Source of the DNA: an uncultured Actinomycetes bacterium
Lineage (GTDB): Bacteria; Actinomycetota; Actinomycetes; Streptosporangiales; Streptosporangiaceae
Reading direction: 5' to 3'
NCBI GenBank assembly: GCA_963851025.1
Contig: CAWKOA010000031.1
Coordinates: 19,374-83,373 of the forward strand
DNA length: 64,000 nt
Below, in pieces: positions 16,518 to 25,011 of the stretch (positions are counted from its first letter, which is position 1; each line of letters starts with the position of its first letter). Both the position numbers and the translations under genes were made by a program. Under the pieces are notes generated by a model. It was not told the origin of the DNA. It saw only the letters and a list, made by a program, of their open reading frames with translations, and searched no databases.

Positions 16518-17957
16518 CTAATAGGCGCGGCCGAAGATGACGCGGGTGCCGTAGGCGGATGGCTGACCGCACCGGATGCAGGTCCCCTGCTCCGGCTCGC
16601 CGCCGGCGGGGATGACGCGCGGCGTGGCGGACGTGGCGGCCTTGATGTCGTCCTCGCACGCGGGCGAGCTGCAGTGCAGGGCCCGGGCCCAGCCGGCCGC
16701 GACCGCCGCGGCGAACTCGTCCCAGGTGTCCGCCGTGACGGTCCGCTGATCGCGGAACTCGGTCGCCCGCCGCAGCAGCAGGTCCTGGAAGGCGGTCAGC
16801 TCGGAGCTGAGCCGGGCCGGGGCGGAGTCCAGCGGGACCGGCGTCTTCTCGTGACCCAGCCGGGTGGCCATCAGCGCCGTGCCCGCGGCCAGGTCCCGCG
16901 GCCCGAGCTCCAGCCGGATCGGGACGCCGCGCATCTCCCAGTCGTTGAACTTGAACCCCGGGGAGAGCTGCGGCCGGTCGTCCACGTGCGTGCGGATACC
17001 GGCGTCGCGCAGCCGGGCCGCCAGTTCCCGGGCGGGCGGCAGCACCTGGTCGGCCGCTTCGCCGCGGCCGATCGGGACGATCACCACCTGGTAGGGGGCC
17101 AGCCGCGGCGGCAGGACGAGGCCCTTGTCGTCCCCGTGGGTCATGATCACTCCGCCGATCATGCGGGCGCTCATGCCCCACGACGTGGTGTGGCACAGCT
17201 CCAGCTCGCCGCTCTCCGCGGCGTACTGGATGCTGAAGGCCTGGGCGAAGTTCGTGCCCATGTAGTGCGACGTGCCAGACTGCAGCGCCCGCCCGTCGCG
17301 CATCATCGCCTCGACCGTGTAGGTCCGCCTGGCGCCGGGGAACCGCTCGCCCGCCGTCTTCTCCCCCGCGATCACCGGCATGGCGGCCATGTCCCTGGAC
17401 ACCTGCTCGTAGAGGTCGAGCGCGAGCAGGGTCTCCCGCATGGCGTCTGCCTCATCGGCGTGCGCGGTGTGACCCTCCTGCCACAGGAACTCGGTGGTGC
17501 GCAGGAACATCCGCGGCCGCATCTCCCAGCGGACCACGTTGGCCCACTGGTTGAGCAGCAAGGGCAGATCCCGGTGCGAGCCGATCCACTTGGCCATCAT
17601 CTCGCCGATGATCGTTTCCGAGGTCGGCCGGACGATGAGCGGCTCCTCCAGCTCCTTGCCGCCGGCGTGGGTGACGACCGCCAGCTCCGGCGCGAAACCC
17701 TCGACGTGCTCGGCCTCGCGCTGCAGGTAGCTCTGCGGGATGAGCAGCGGGAAGTAGGCGTTGACGTGACCGGTTTCCTTGATCCGCCGGTCGATGTCGG
17801 CCTGCAGCAGCTCCCACATCCGGTATCCGTAGGGGCGGATCACCATCGTGCCCCGGACCGGGCCGCGGTCCACCAGCTCGGCCTTGAAGACGACCTCGTT
17901 GTACCAGGCCGAGAAGTCCTCGCTCTGCGCGGTTACTCCGCGTTCATCGTGCGCCAC
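16518..17957 (-). CDS. proS: Prolyl-tRNA synthetase (archaeal/eukaryote-like class IIa type)
   Basis: SEDFSAWYNEVVFKAELVD...VIRPYGYRMWE...FPLLIP...RPTSETIIG...NQWANVVRWEMRPRMFLRTTEFLWQEGHTAH...TSHYMGTNFA...SWGMSARMIG...C-terminal CIRCGQPSAYGTRVIFGRAY. Intact. Confidence 0.9.
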   Translation of the reverse strand: MAHDERGVTAQSEDFSAWYNEVVFKAELVDRGPVRGTMVIRPYGYRMWELLQADIDRRIKETGHVNAYFPLLIPQSYLQREAEHVEGFAPELAVVTHAGGKELEEPLIVRPTSETIIGEMMAKWIGSHRDLPLLLNQWANVVRWEMRPRMFLRTTEFLWQEGHTAHADEADAMRETLLALDLYEQVSRDMAAMPVIAGEKTAGERFPGARRTYTVEAMMRDGRALQSGTSHYMGTNFAQAFSIQYAAESGELELCHTTSWGMSARMIGGVIMTHGDDKGLVLPPRLAPYQVVIVPIGRGEAADQVLPPARELAARLRDAGIRTHVDDRPQLSPGFKFNDWEMRGVPIRLELGPRDLAAGTALMATRLGHEKTPVPLDSAPARLSSELTAFQDLLLRRATEFRDQRTVTADTWDEFAAAVAAGWARALHCSSPACEDDIKAATSATPRVIPAGGEPEQGTCIRCGQPSAYGTRVIFGRAY

Positions 17958-18023
17958 GCCCAGAGGATAGGGGATCACGCCTGCCAGCACCGCCTGGTTT
18001 TCGGCGGCCCCCGCTCGTCCGTG

Positions 18024-18911
18024 ATGCGCGAGAATGGGGCCGTGGCTGACACGTTCGCATCCCGGTTCGCCCGGGCGCGGTCTGGCCCCGGGCCGCTGGT
18101 GTGGGGCCTGGACCCATCGGGAGCCCTGCTCCAGGCGTGGGGGCTGGGCGATGACCCGGATGGCCTGGATCGCTTCGCCGACATCATGCTCGACGCCGCG
18201 TCCGGGACCGTGGGACTGGTCAAGCCTCAGTCCGCCTTCTTCGAGCGGCACGGCTGGCGTGGGTTCCGGACGCTCAGCCGGCTCATCGCAGAAGCCCGGA
18301 GCGCCGGGCTGCTGGTCGTCCTGGACGTCAAGCGCGGCGACGTGGGCAGCACCAACGACGCCTACGCGGAGGCGTTCCTCGGCCCGGCCGCCCCGCTGGA
18401 GGCCGACGCCGTCACCGTCCACCCCTATCTCGGGCTGGCGGCCATGGACGCCTTCGTCTCGCGGGCCCACCAGGCCGGGAGCTGCCTGCTGGTCGTCACC
18501 CGTTCCTCCAACCCGGAGGGCCGGGCGATCCAGTCCGCCCGCGGCGAGGGCGGCCGCCAGGTCGATGAAGCGCTGCTGGGCGAGATCGGGGCCCTGAACC
18601 GGATGCTGGCGGGGGGCGAGATCGGCCCGGTCGGTGCCGTGATCGGGCCGGCCCGCATCGAGCCTGAGCTCGACCTGGCCCGTGCCCAGGCGCTGTTCCT
18701 GGCCCCCGGCGTCGGCGCGCAGGGGGCGACCCCCGAGGACGTGGCCCAGGTCTTCGCGTCCTGCCCCGACCGGGTCATGCCCAGCGCGTCGAGGTCACTG
18801 CTGCTGGCCGGCCCCGGCATCAGCGCCCTGCAGGACGGGGCCGCCGCCCTGGCCGCCGAGTTCCGCAGGCTACTTCCCGCCCGGGGGAACGCCGCCGCAC
18901 AGACTCCCTGA
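18024..18911 (+). CDS. pyrF: Orotidine 5'-phosphate decarboxylase (type 2, long form)
   Basis: PLVWGLDPS...VGLVKPQSAFFERHGWRG...VVLDVKRGDVGSTNDAYA...DAVTVHPYLG...LLVVTRSSNPEG...FLAPGVGAQG. Confidence 0.85.
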   Translation: MRENGAVADTFASRFARARSGPGPLVWGLDPSGALLQAWGLGDDPDGLDRFADIMLDAASGTVGLVKPQSAFFERHGWRGFRTLSRLIAEARSAGLLVVLDVKRGDVGSTNDAYAEAFLGPAAPLEADAVTVHPYLGLAAMDAFVSRAHQAGSCLLVVTRSSNPEGRAIQSARGEGGRQVDEALLGEIGALNRMLAGGEIGPVGAVIGPARIEPELDLARAQALFLAPGVGAQGATPEDVAQVFASCPDRVMPSASRSLLLAGPGISALQDGAAALAAEFRRLLPARGNAAAQTP

Positions 18912-18920
18912 ACGAGGGCG

Positions 18921-19487
18921 TCACCGGACGGGGCGGACGTGGCCCGCTGCGGCACCCGGCAGTGCATCAGCAGGCCAGGCCAGCTGGAACCAGACGGCGC
19001 GGCCGGGTAAGCCGGCCGGGCCGAGTTCCTGCTGGCCCCAGGTGGCCGCGAGGTCGGTGACCACGCGCAGCCCGTGACCGGATTCGGCCAGGTCCTCCGG
19101 CCCGGGCGCGCGGGGCGCGGGGCCGTGCGGCGCACCTTCATCGATGACCGCCACGCAGGCCGAGACACGGCCCCGCCAGACCAGGACCTCGAACCGGCCG
19201 CCCTGGCCGGAGCGGGTGTGCTGGATCGCGTTGCTGGCCAGCTCGGATACGCAGAGCACCGCGTCGTCCGCCGCCGGGCAGCCTGCCAGGGCCCGGGCCA
19301 CGAACCGGCGGGCCTGGCGGACCTGGTCCGGGCGGCCGGGAAAGACCCGCCGCCGGGGGCTGGCCACCAGCCGCGCACCCTGACCGGCGATCTGGGCCAG
19401 GGACCCGGCGGGGGCGGCCGGCCCGGCCATGGCGCTGGACCGGGCCGGAACGCGGGCGGCGGCGCGCGTTGACATCCGGGCCTCCAA
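18921..19487 (-). CDS. ATP-binding regulatory protein (anti-sigma-like HATPase), paralog of 10661..11203
   Basis: RRVFPGRPDQVRQARRFVARALAGCPAADDAVLCVSELASNAIQHTRSG...FEVLVW...ACVAVIDEG...ESGHGLRVVTDLAATWG. Near-identical motif string to the 10.7-kb copy. Confidence 0.75.
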   Translation of the reverse strand: MEARMSTRAAARVPARSSAMAGPAAPAGSLAQIAGQGARLVASPRRRVFPGRPDQVRQARRFVARALAGCPAADDAVLCVSELASNAIQHTRSGQGGRFEVLVWRGRVSACVAVIDEGAPHGPAPRAPGPEDLAESGHGLRVVTDLAATWGQQELGPAGLPGRAVWFQLAWPADALPGAAAGHVRPVR

Positions 19488-19632
19488 TCTGGTTGGTCGC
19501 GAAGGGCTGGCACGGACTAGGTTTTCGTTATCTGCCTACGGGGCGCTAGGGAGCGCGCACGGTCAGCGAACCGGTCAGATCAGCCCGCGCGGTTGTAGGG
19601 CGCGGTAGGGACGCACGCGGAGGAGGAACGCG

Positions 19633-20478
19633 ATGGCGTTACGGGACCCTGAGGCGGGTGCGAGCCCGCTCGCGCTGTTCGGCGCGGAGCTGCGGCACTA
19701 CCGGACGGCCGCGGGGCTGAGCCAGGAGCAGCTCGGCGAGCGGATCGGCTACTCGGCCGCCCTGGTCGGCGCGGTGGAGACCGCGCGGCGGATGCCCACC
19801 GAGGACTTCACCGCCCGCTGCGACGTGGTCGGGGAGCTGGGTACCGGCGGTGCGCTGCTGCGGTTGCGGGCGCACCTGAGGGATCAGCTGCACCGGCAGG
19901 TCTGGCCGCCGTGGTTCCGGGAATGGCCGAGCATCGAGCGTGAGGCGCTGTCGCTGCGGTCCTGGGAGCTGCCCTGTTGTTCCCGGGCTCCTCCAGACGG
20001 CCGGCGTACGCCCGGGCGGTGCTCGTGGCGTATTGCCGGACGACACGAGCGAGGAGCAGGTCGAGGAGCAGGTGAGATGCCCGGCATCAGCGGCAGGAGA
20101 TCTTGAGCGGCGGGACCCGCCGATGCTGTGGGCGATCATGGACGAGGGAGCACTGCGGCGCCGGGTTGGCGGCGCCGAAGATCGATGCGTGCAGCAGCTC
20201 GACCACCTCCTGCGCGGCGTCCAGGAGCCCAAGGTCAAGGTGCTGGTCGTGCCGGCCTCGGCGGGTGCGCACGTGGGGTGTCCGGCGCGTTCGCCATCGC
20301 CGAGTTCCGCGAGGGACCGGACGTGGTGTACCTGGACACGGCCGCGCAGGGCCAGATCGCGGACCACCCCGACATCGTGAGGGCGTGCGACCAGGTCTTC
20401 GATACCCTGCGGGCAGAGGCCCTGCCCCCGCGGGCTTCGCTCGACCTGATCGCTGAGGTGAGAGACACATGGACCTGA
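19633..20478 (+). pseudogene. XRE-family HTH regulator with a DUF5753-like C-terminal domain (WhiJ-like); at least four frame changes
   Basis: LFGAELRHYRTAAGLSQEQLGERIGYSAALVGAVETARRMPT in frame 1. Then VVPGLLQTAG / YARAVL / LPDDTSEEQVEEQV / ARHQRQEIL / ERRDPPMLWAIMDEGALRRRVGG / KVKVLVVPASAGAHVG / GAFAIAEFREGPDVVYLDTAAQG...DLIAEVRDTWT are scattered over all three plus frames. Confidence 0.75.
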
Positions 20479-20767
20479 CCAGTGCCGACTGGCGTAAGGC
20501 GTCGTCAGCTCTAATGCCGGGAACTGCGTGGAGGTCGCGGTCAACCTGCCCGGCGTGGTCGCCGTCCGCGATTCCAAGGACCCGGCCGGCCCCGCGCTGA
20601 CCTTCACCCCCGCCGCCTGGGACGCGTTCACCGCCCGGCTCCGCCGGGAGACGCCGGCCTGGCAGCAGAACGCGGCGCGCGCCTGGTGCGGCGCGCGCCC
20701 GCCAGGCCTGGCCCGCCGCTCAGGCCGCGGTCCGGTGCCGGAACAGCCAGGACGCCGCGGCGAGTGA
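20469..20767 (+). pseudogene. DUF397-family small protein; 1-bp frame break near 20505; 3' end uncertain
   Basis: MDLTSADWRKASS (frame of the ATG at 20469) then SSNAGNCVEVAVNLPGVVAVRDSKDPAGPALTFTPAAWDAFTARL in the next frame. The ATG overlaps the XRE stop. Confidence 0.6.
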
Positions 20768-21498
20768 CACCGCCAGGATGCCGCGCACCAGGCGCAGGCG
20801 ATCCACGCTTCGTGACCCACGGCGGCGCCGGTCGAGGTGCGCCCCATCCACAGGCCGCGCATGGTCTCCACGATGGGCGTGAACGGCTGGTGCTCCGCGA
20901 ACCCGCGCATCCAGCCCGGCAGGGTCTGGGCGGGCACGAACGCCGTGCTGACGTAGGGCAGGAACATGAGCACGAACGTGAACGAGTTCGCCGCCTCGGC
21001 GCTGCCCGCCAGCAGGCCGACCGCGGCGGCCAGCCAGGACAGGGCCAGCACGAAGAACACGATCATGGCGGCGGCCGCGGCCCAGCCGGCCCCGCCCGCC
21101 GTCGGGCGCCAGCCGACCGCCAGGCCCACGCCGATGACCAGGGCGGTGGCCACGAGGTTGCGGGCCAGGCTGGCCACGACGTGGCCGACCAGGACCAGGG
21201 AGCCGCTGATCGGCATGGACCGGAACCGGTCCACGATGCCGTTGCTCATGTCGGTGGCCACCGCGACGGCGGTGGTGCCCGCGCCGAACCCGGCGCACAG
21301 CACGATCAGGCCGGGCACCACGTAGTTGGCGTAGCTCCCGCCGGCGTTGAACGCGCCGCCGAACACGTACACGAACAGCAGCATCAGCACCACGGGCAGC
21401 ATCAGCGCGGTGAAGAACGCTTCCGGGTCGCGCAGCGACCGGCGGACGCAGCGGGTGACCATCACCCGCGAGTCGGTGAGCGCGTAGGCCATGCTCAT
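20720..21498 (-). pseudogene. ABC-2 type exporter permease (DrrB-like); 1-bp deletion near 20781
   Basis: MSMAYALTDSRVMVTRCVRRSLRDPEAFFTALMLPVVLMLLFVYVFGG...HEAWIACAWC, then GILAVSLAAASWLFRHRTAA in a second frame. GCGGGC reads as GCGGC at the junction. Confidence 0.8.
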
Positions 21499-22472
21499 CG
21501 GGCCATCTCCTTCGCTTCGTGCTGGGCTGCGGGGTGGGCGGCTGACCCGTCGCCGGCGGCGCCGGTGACGGACAGGAACACGTCGTCCAGGCTGGGGCGG
21601 TAGGTGGACACCTTGTGCGCGGGCGCGCCGGCCTGCTGGAGCCGGCCCAGGATCTGGAGGACCTCGCGCGCCGTGCCGCCGGTGGCCACGTCGATGGTGT
21701 GCAGCCGGCCGTCGGCCCGCACCGGGTCGAGCTCGCGGAGCGCCCGCTCGTAGCCGGCCAGGTCGGTGAACTGGAGCCGGACGACCTCCGCGCCGAGCCT
21801 GGCCTTCAGCTCGTCCGGTGTGCCGCGGGCCACGACCCGGCCGTGGTCGAGCACCGCGACCGTGTCCGCGAGCTGGTCCGCTTCCTCCAGGTACTGGGTG
21901 GTCAGCAGGACCGTGACCCCCTCGTCGACCAGGCGCCGGACCGTGCTCCAGACCTGCTCGCGGCTGCGCGGGTCGAGCCCGGTGGTCGGCTCGTCCAGGA
22001 ACACGAGCGGGGGCCGGGCGATCATGCTGATGGCCAGGTCCAGCCGCCGCCGCAGGCCGCCTGAGTACTTGGCGGCCCGCCGGTCGGCCGCGTCGGCCAG
22101 GTCGAACTCGGCCAGCAGTTCCGCGGCCCGTCCCTGGGCCGCCCGCCGGGGCAGGCGCAGCAGCCGGGCCATCATCTCCAGGTTCTCCCGGCCGGTCAGC
22201 ACCTCGTCCACCGCGGCGAACTGCCCGGTCAGGCTGATCGACCGCTTGACCCCGGCCGGGTCGGTGCGCAGGTCGTGCCCGGCGATGGTGGCGGTCCCCG
22301 CGTCGGGGCGCATCAGGGTGGCCAGGATCCGGATCATCGTCGTCTTGCCCGCGCCGTTCGGGCCGAGCAGGGCGAGCACCGAGCCGGTCCCGGCCGCCAG
22401 GTCCACGTGATCCAGGACGGTGTGGCCGCCGAAGGACTTGCAGATGCCCTCGGCCTTAACTGTGTATGTCAT
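21495..22472 (-). CDS. ABC transporter ATP-binding protein (DrrA/daunorubicin-resistance-like)
   Basis: LLGPNGAGKTTMIR, YSGGLRRRLDLA, LVFLDEPTTGLDP. ATGA overlap with the permease. Confidence 0.9.
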   Translation of the reverse strand: MTYTVKAEGICKSFGGHTVLDHVDLAAGTGSVLALLGPNGAGKTTMIRILATLMRPDAGTATIAGHDLRTDPAGVKRSISLTGQFAAVDEVLTGRENLEMMARLLRLPRRAAQGRAAELLAEFDLADAADRRAAKYSGGLRRRLDLAISMIARPPLVFLDEPTTGLDPRSREQVWSTVRRLVDEGVTVLLTTQYLEEADQLADTVAVLDHGRVVARGTPDELKARLGAEVVRLQFTDLAGYERALRELDPVRADGRLHTIDVATGGTAREVLQILGRLQQAGAPAHKVSTYRPSLDDVFLSVTGAAGDGSAAHPAAQHEAKEMAR

Positions 22473-22577
22473 ACACTGAATCGTATGCGCCGTACACAGT
22501 TACCGTCAAGCGGGTATCGCGCGGCGCCCGGCCGGGGCGCGGCGCCCCCGTAAGGTGGCGGGATGAGGGAGGAGCCG

Positions 22578-22658
22578 ATGCCTGCGGAGCCCGTGCCTGC
22601 GGAGCGGCCTGATGCCTGCGGAAGCCCGTGACCTGCGGAGCCCGTGCCTGCGGAGCCG
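22578..22658 (+). repeat. Five degenerate 15-17-nt tandem repeats RTGCCTGCGGAGCCS at the 5' end of the TetR gene
   Basis: atgcctgcggagccc / gtgcctgcggagcgg / (cctg)atgcctgcggaagccc / gtgacctgcggagccc / gtgcctgcggagccg. The strong Shine-Dalgarno sequence GGGAGGAG precedes the first copy. An in-frame TGA lies at 22629-22631. Confidence 0.7.
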
Positions 22659-23426
22659 TCCCCGCCGCTGCCCCCCGGCCTGGACCTGCTCTGGGGCCGC
22701 CGCGGGCGGGGCCAGCGCGGGCCGAAGCCGGGCCTGTCGGTGGACGCGATCGTCGGGGCGGCCATCCGGCTGGCTGACGCCGAGGGACTCGACGCGGTCT
22801 CCATGGCGCACGTCGCCGAGCAGCTCGGGTTCACCACGATGTCGCTGTACCGGCACGTCACCAGCAAGGACGAGCTACTCCAGCTGATGTGGAACGGGAG
22901 CGCGCAGGGCGCCGAGGACATCGTGCTGACCGGGGATGACTGGCGGTCGCGGCTGCGGACGTGGGCCATGATCCAGCGCGAGATGATCGACCGGCATCCG
23001 TGGATCACCCAGATGCCGATGGCCGCGCCGCCGATGGCGCCCAACTCGCTGGCGTTCGTGGAGCGCGGGCTGGAGGCGATGGACGGGACCGGCCTGGCCG
23101 ACGCGGACAAGCTCCGGGTCATCGGCCTGCTCAGCTCGTACACGCTGAGCGAGGCGCGGATGGCGCACGACGCGGCCCGGGCCGCGCAGGCGGCCGCGGC
23201 GGCCGCCGACGCCGGCCACCCGGTGCCCGTCTGGACCTACGAGGCGCTGCTCCGCGAGTTCGCCGACGAGCAGGCCTATCCCCGGCTGCACCGGCTGGCC
23301 TGGTCCGAGCGCATCGGCGGACACCCGGCCGGCTTCGACGAGCAGGAAGAGTTCCGGTTCGGCCTGGACCGCATCCTCGACGGCGTCGAGGTCTTGATCG
23401 CCGGGGCTCAGGCGCAGCGACCTTGA
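22644..23426 (+). CDS. TetR/AcrR-family transcriptional regulator (TetR_C_6-like tetracycline-repressor-type C-terminal domain)
   Basis: GLSVDAIVGAAIRLADAEGLDAVSMAHVAEQLGFTTMSLYRHVTSKDELL. Divergent from the DrrAB-like exporter. The true start may be the ATG at 22578 (same frame, interrupted by TGA). Confidence 0.85.
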   Translation: MPAEPSPPLPPGLDLLWGRRGRGQRGPKPGLSVDAIVGAAIRLADAEGLDAVSMAHVAEQLGFTTMSLYRHVTSKDELLQLMWNGSAQGAEDIVLTGDDWRSRLRTWAMIQREMIDRHPWITQMPMAAPPMAPNSLAFVERGLEAMDGTGLADADKLRVIGLLSSYTLSEARMAHDAARAAQAAAAAADAGHPVPVWTYEALLREFADEQAYPRLHRLAWSERIGGHPAGFDEQEEFRFGLDRILDGVEVLIAGAQAQRP

Positions 23427-23427
23427 C

Positions 23428-23949
23428 TCAGCGGCACAGGGCAGTTACCTTGCGCGGCCGTCCCGGCTTGCGCTCCCAGCGCTGACCGAACGCCACGATC
23501 GCGTCACGCAGCCACAGCTTCCCGGTCCGGAGATCGTAGGCGGCTTCGGGAAACCGGGGATTAGCCGCGGCCAGCTCGTGAACCCGCTGGGCCGACACCC
23601 CCAGGATCTCCGCTGCTTCGGGAGCGGAGACCAGGGCCGGGAGCGTCGGCCGTTCGTTCCCGGCCTCGAGTACGTCATGGCGGACAGCCTCCAGGCGGAC
23701 GACCGGCCACCCGGGCAATCCGGCCTCGGACGACCGGGCCTCGATAAGCGCGCCGCCCCTGTCCGCCGCTGATCGGGCCTGCTCGGCCTGCACACTGACG
23801 GTGGCGCTCCAGGCCCCGGCATCCGCGGAGACGACTCCATCGTGCGCGGCGAGCAGGTCCATGAGCCGGTCCCCGGCTACGTCCAGCTCCGTGCCGCCGA
23901 TATGGGTCTCGGGTGCACGAGTGGCCAGATGGACGCTGAACCAGTCCAT
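23428..23949 (-). CDS. Hypothetical protein with a C-terminal excisionase/MerR-like HTH
   Basis: The strong Shine-Dalgarno sequence GAGGAGG precedes the ATG at 23949. C-terminal LVSAPEAAEILGVSAQRVHELAAANPRFPEAAYDLRTGKLWLRDAIVAF. The N-terminal about 110 aa have no recognisable family. Confidence 0.6.
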   Translation of the reverse strand: MDWFSVHLATRAPETHIGGTELDVAGDRLMDLLAAHDGVVSADAGAWSATVSVQAEQARSAADRGGALIEARSSEAGLPGWPVVRLEAVRHDVLEAGNERPTLPALVSAPEAAEILGVSAQRVHELAAANPRFPEAAYDLRTGKLWLRDAIVAFGQRWERKPGRPRKVTALCR

Positions 23950-24192
23950 GTTCCTACCTCCTCGCGAGCGGCCAATGACCACCCTTGCGCCGGATATCCG
24001 CTAACCAGTTACTGAACGTTCGCTGTGAGCTTGGGGTCTTGGGGACCTTGATCGGCGGCTGCACAGGGTCGGCCGGGGCCTCAGATAACACAATACTTTT
24101 TCCCTTGCTACATCTCAAGGAATAAATATGGACCGGGCTGCCTCCGGAGAAAGCTGTGCTGACCCATGACCGTGGTCTACCTGAGGGCACCG

Positions 24193-24206
24193 ACACAATC
24201 TTGTGT
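24193..24206. promoter_or_regulatory. Palindrome ACACAATCTTGTGT in an AT-rich intergenic region
   Basis: Read directly. It lies in the 290-bp low-GC gap between the LuxR-type regulator stop (24241) and the start of gene 23428..23949. Confidence 0.25.
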
Positions 24207-24240
24207 TGACCTGGCTGGGTTCCGGCTGGCCGTCCTGGTC

Positions 24241-25011
24241 TCAGCGGCCCAGTTCAGCTGGGCCTGATCCGCCGGGCGTGACGAGGCCGGTTTCGTAGGC
24301 GAAGACGACGGCCTGGGCCCGGTCGCGGAGGTCCAGCTTGGCCAGGATGCGGCCGACGTAGGTCTTGGTCGTCTGCTGGGCGATGACCAGGGTGTCGCTG
24401 ATCTCGGTGTTGGACAGGCCGCGGGCGATCAGCCGCAGCACCTCGGACTCGCGGTGGGTGAGCGCGCCGAGCGCAGCCGGGAAGGGCGGGTCCGGGCGCG
24501 GCTGGCGGGCGAAGTCGGCGATCAGCCGCCGGGTTACCGCGGGGGCGAGCAGCGCGTCACCGGCGGCCACCACGCGGACCGCGTGGACCAGTTCGGCCGC
24601 GGTGGCGTCCTTGAGCAGGAAGCCGCTGGCCCCGGCCCGCAACGCCGCATACACGTAATCGTCGAGGTCGAACGTGGTGAGCATCAGCACCCGCGGCCGG
24701 TCCGGGCCAGTTGCGGAGGCGAGGATCTGGCGGGTGGCCTGCAGGCCGTCCAGCACCGGCATCCGCACGTCCATCAGGACCACGTCGGGGTGCAGGTGCC
24801 GCGCCAGGCGGACCGCGTCGGCGCCGTCCGCGGCCTGGCCTGCCACCACCAGGCCCGGCTGGGCCGCGAGGACCGCGGCGAAGCCCTCCCGCACCATCGC
24901 CTGGTCATCGGCGATCAGGCATCGTGTGGCCTCGTCGCCCACCACCGGGCCGCCGCCCGCCGCCGCGCCGCTGGCCGCCGCGCCGCTGGCCGCCGGGCCG
25001 CCGGCCGTCAT
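24241..25011 (-). CDS. NarL/LuxR-family response regulator
   Basis: CLIADDQAMVREGF...DVVLMDVRMPVLDG receiver domain. C-terminal LTHRESEVLRLIARGLSNTEISDTLVIAQQTTKTYVGRILAKL. Confidence 0.9.
   Translation of the reverse strand: MTAGGPAASGAAASGAAAGGGPVVGDEATRCLIADDQAMVREGFAAVLAAQPGLVVAGQAADGADAVRLARHLHPDVVLMDVRMPVLDGLQATRQILASATGPDRPRVLMLTTFDLDDYVYAALRAGASGFLLKDATAAELVHAVRVVAAGDALLAPAVTRRLIADFARQPRPDPPFPAALGALTHRESEVLRLIARGLSNTEISDTLVIAQQTTKTYVGRILAKLDLRDRAQAVVFAYETGLVTPGGSGPAELGR

Noticed and set aside
16437-18023. N-terminal about 530 aa of the 824-aa plus-strand ORF 16437..18911
   Set aside because: Only the last 295 codons (from the ATG at 18024) match PyrF. The upstream part is antisense to the intact proS gene and is low-complexity.
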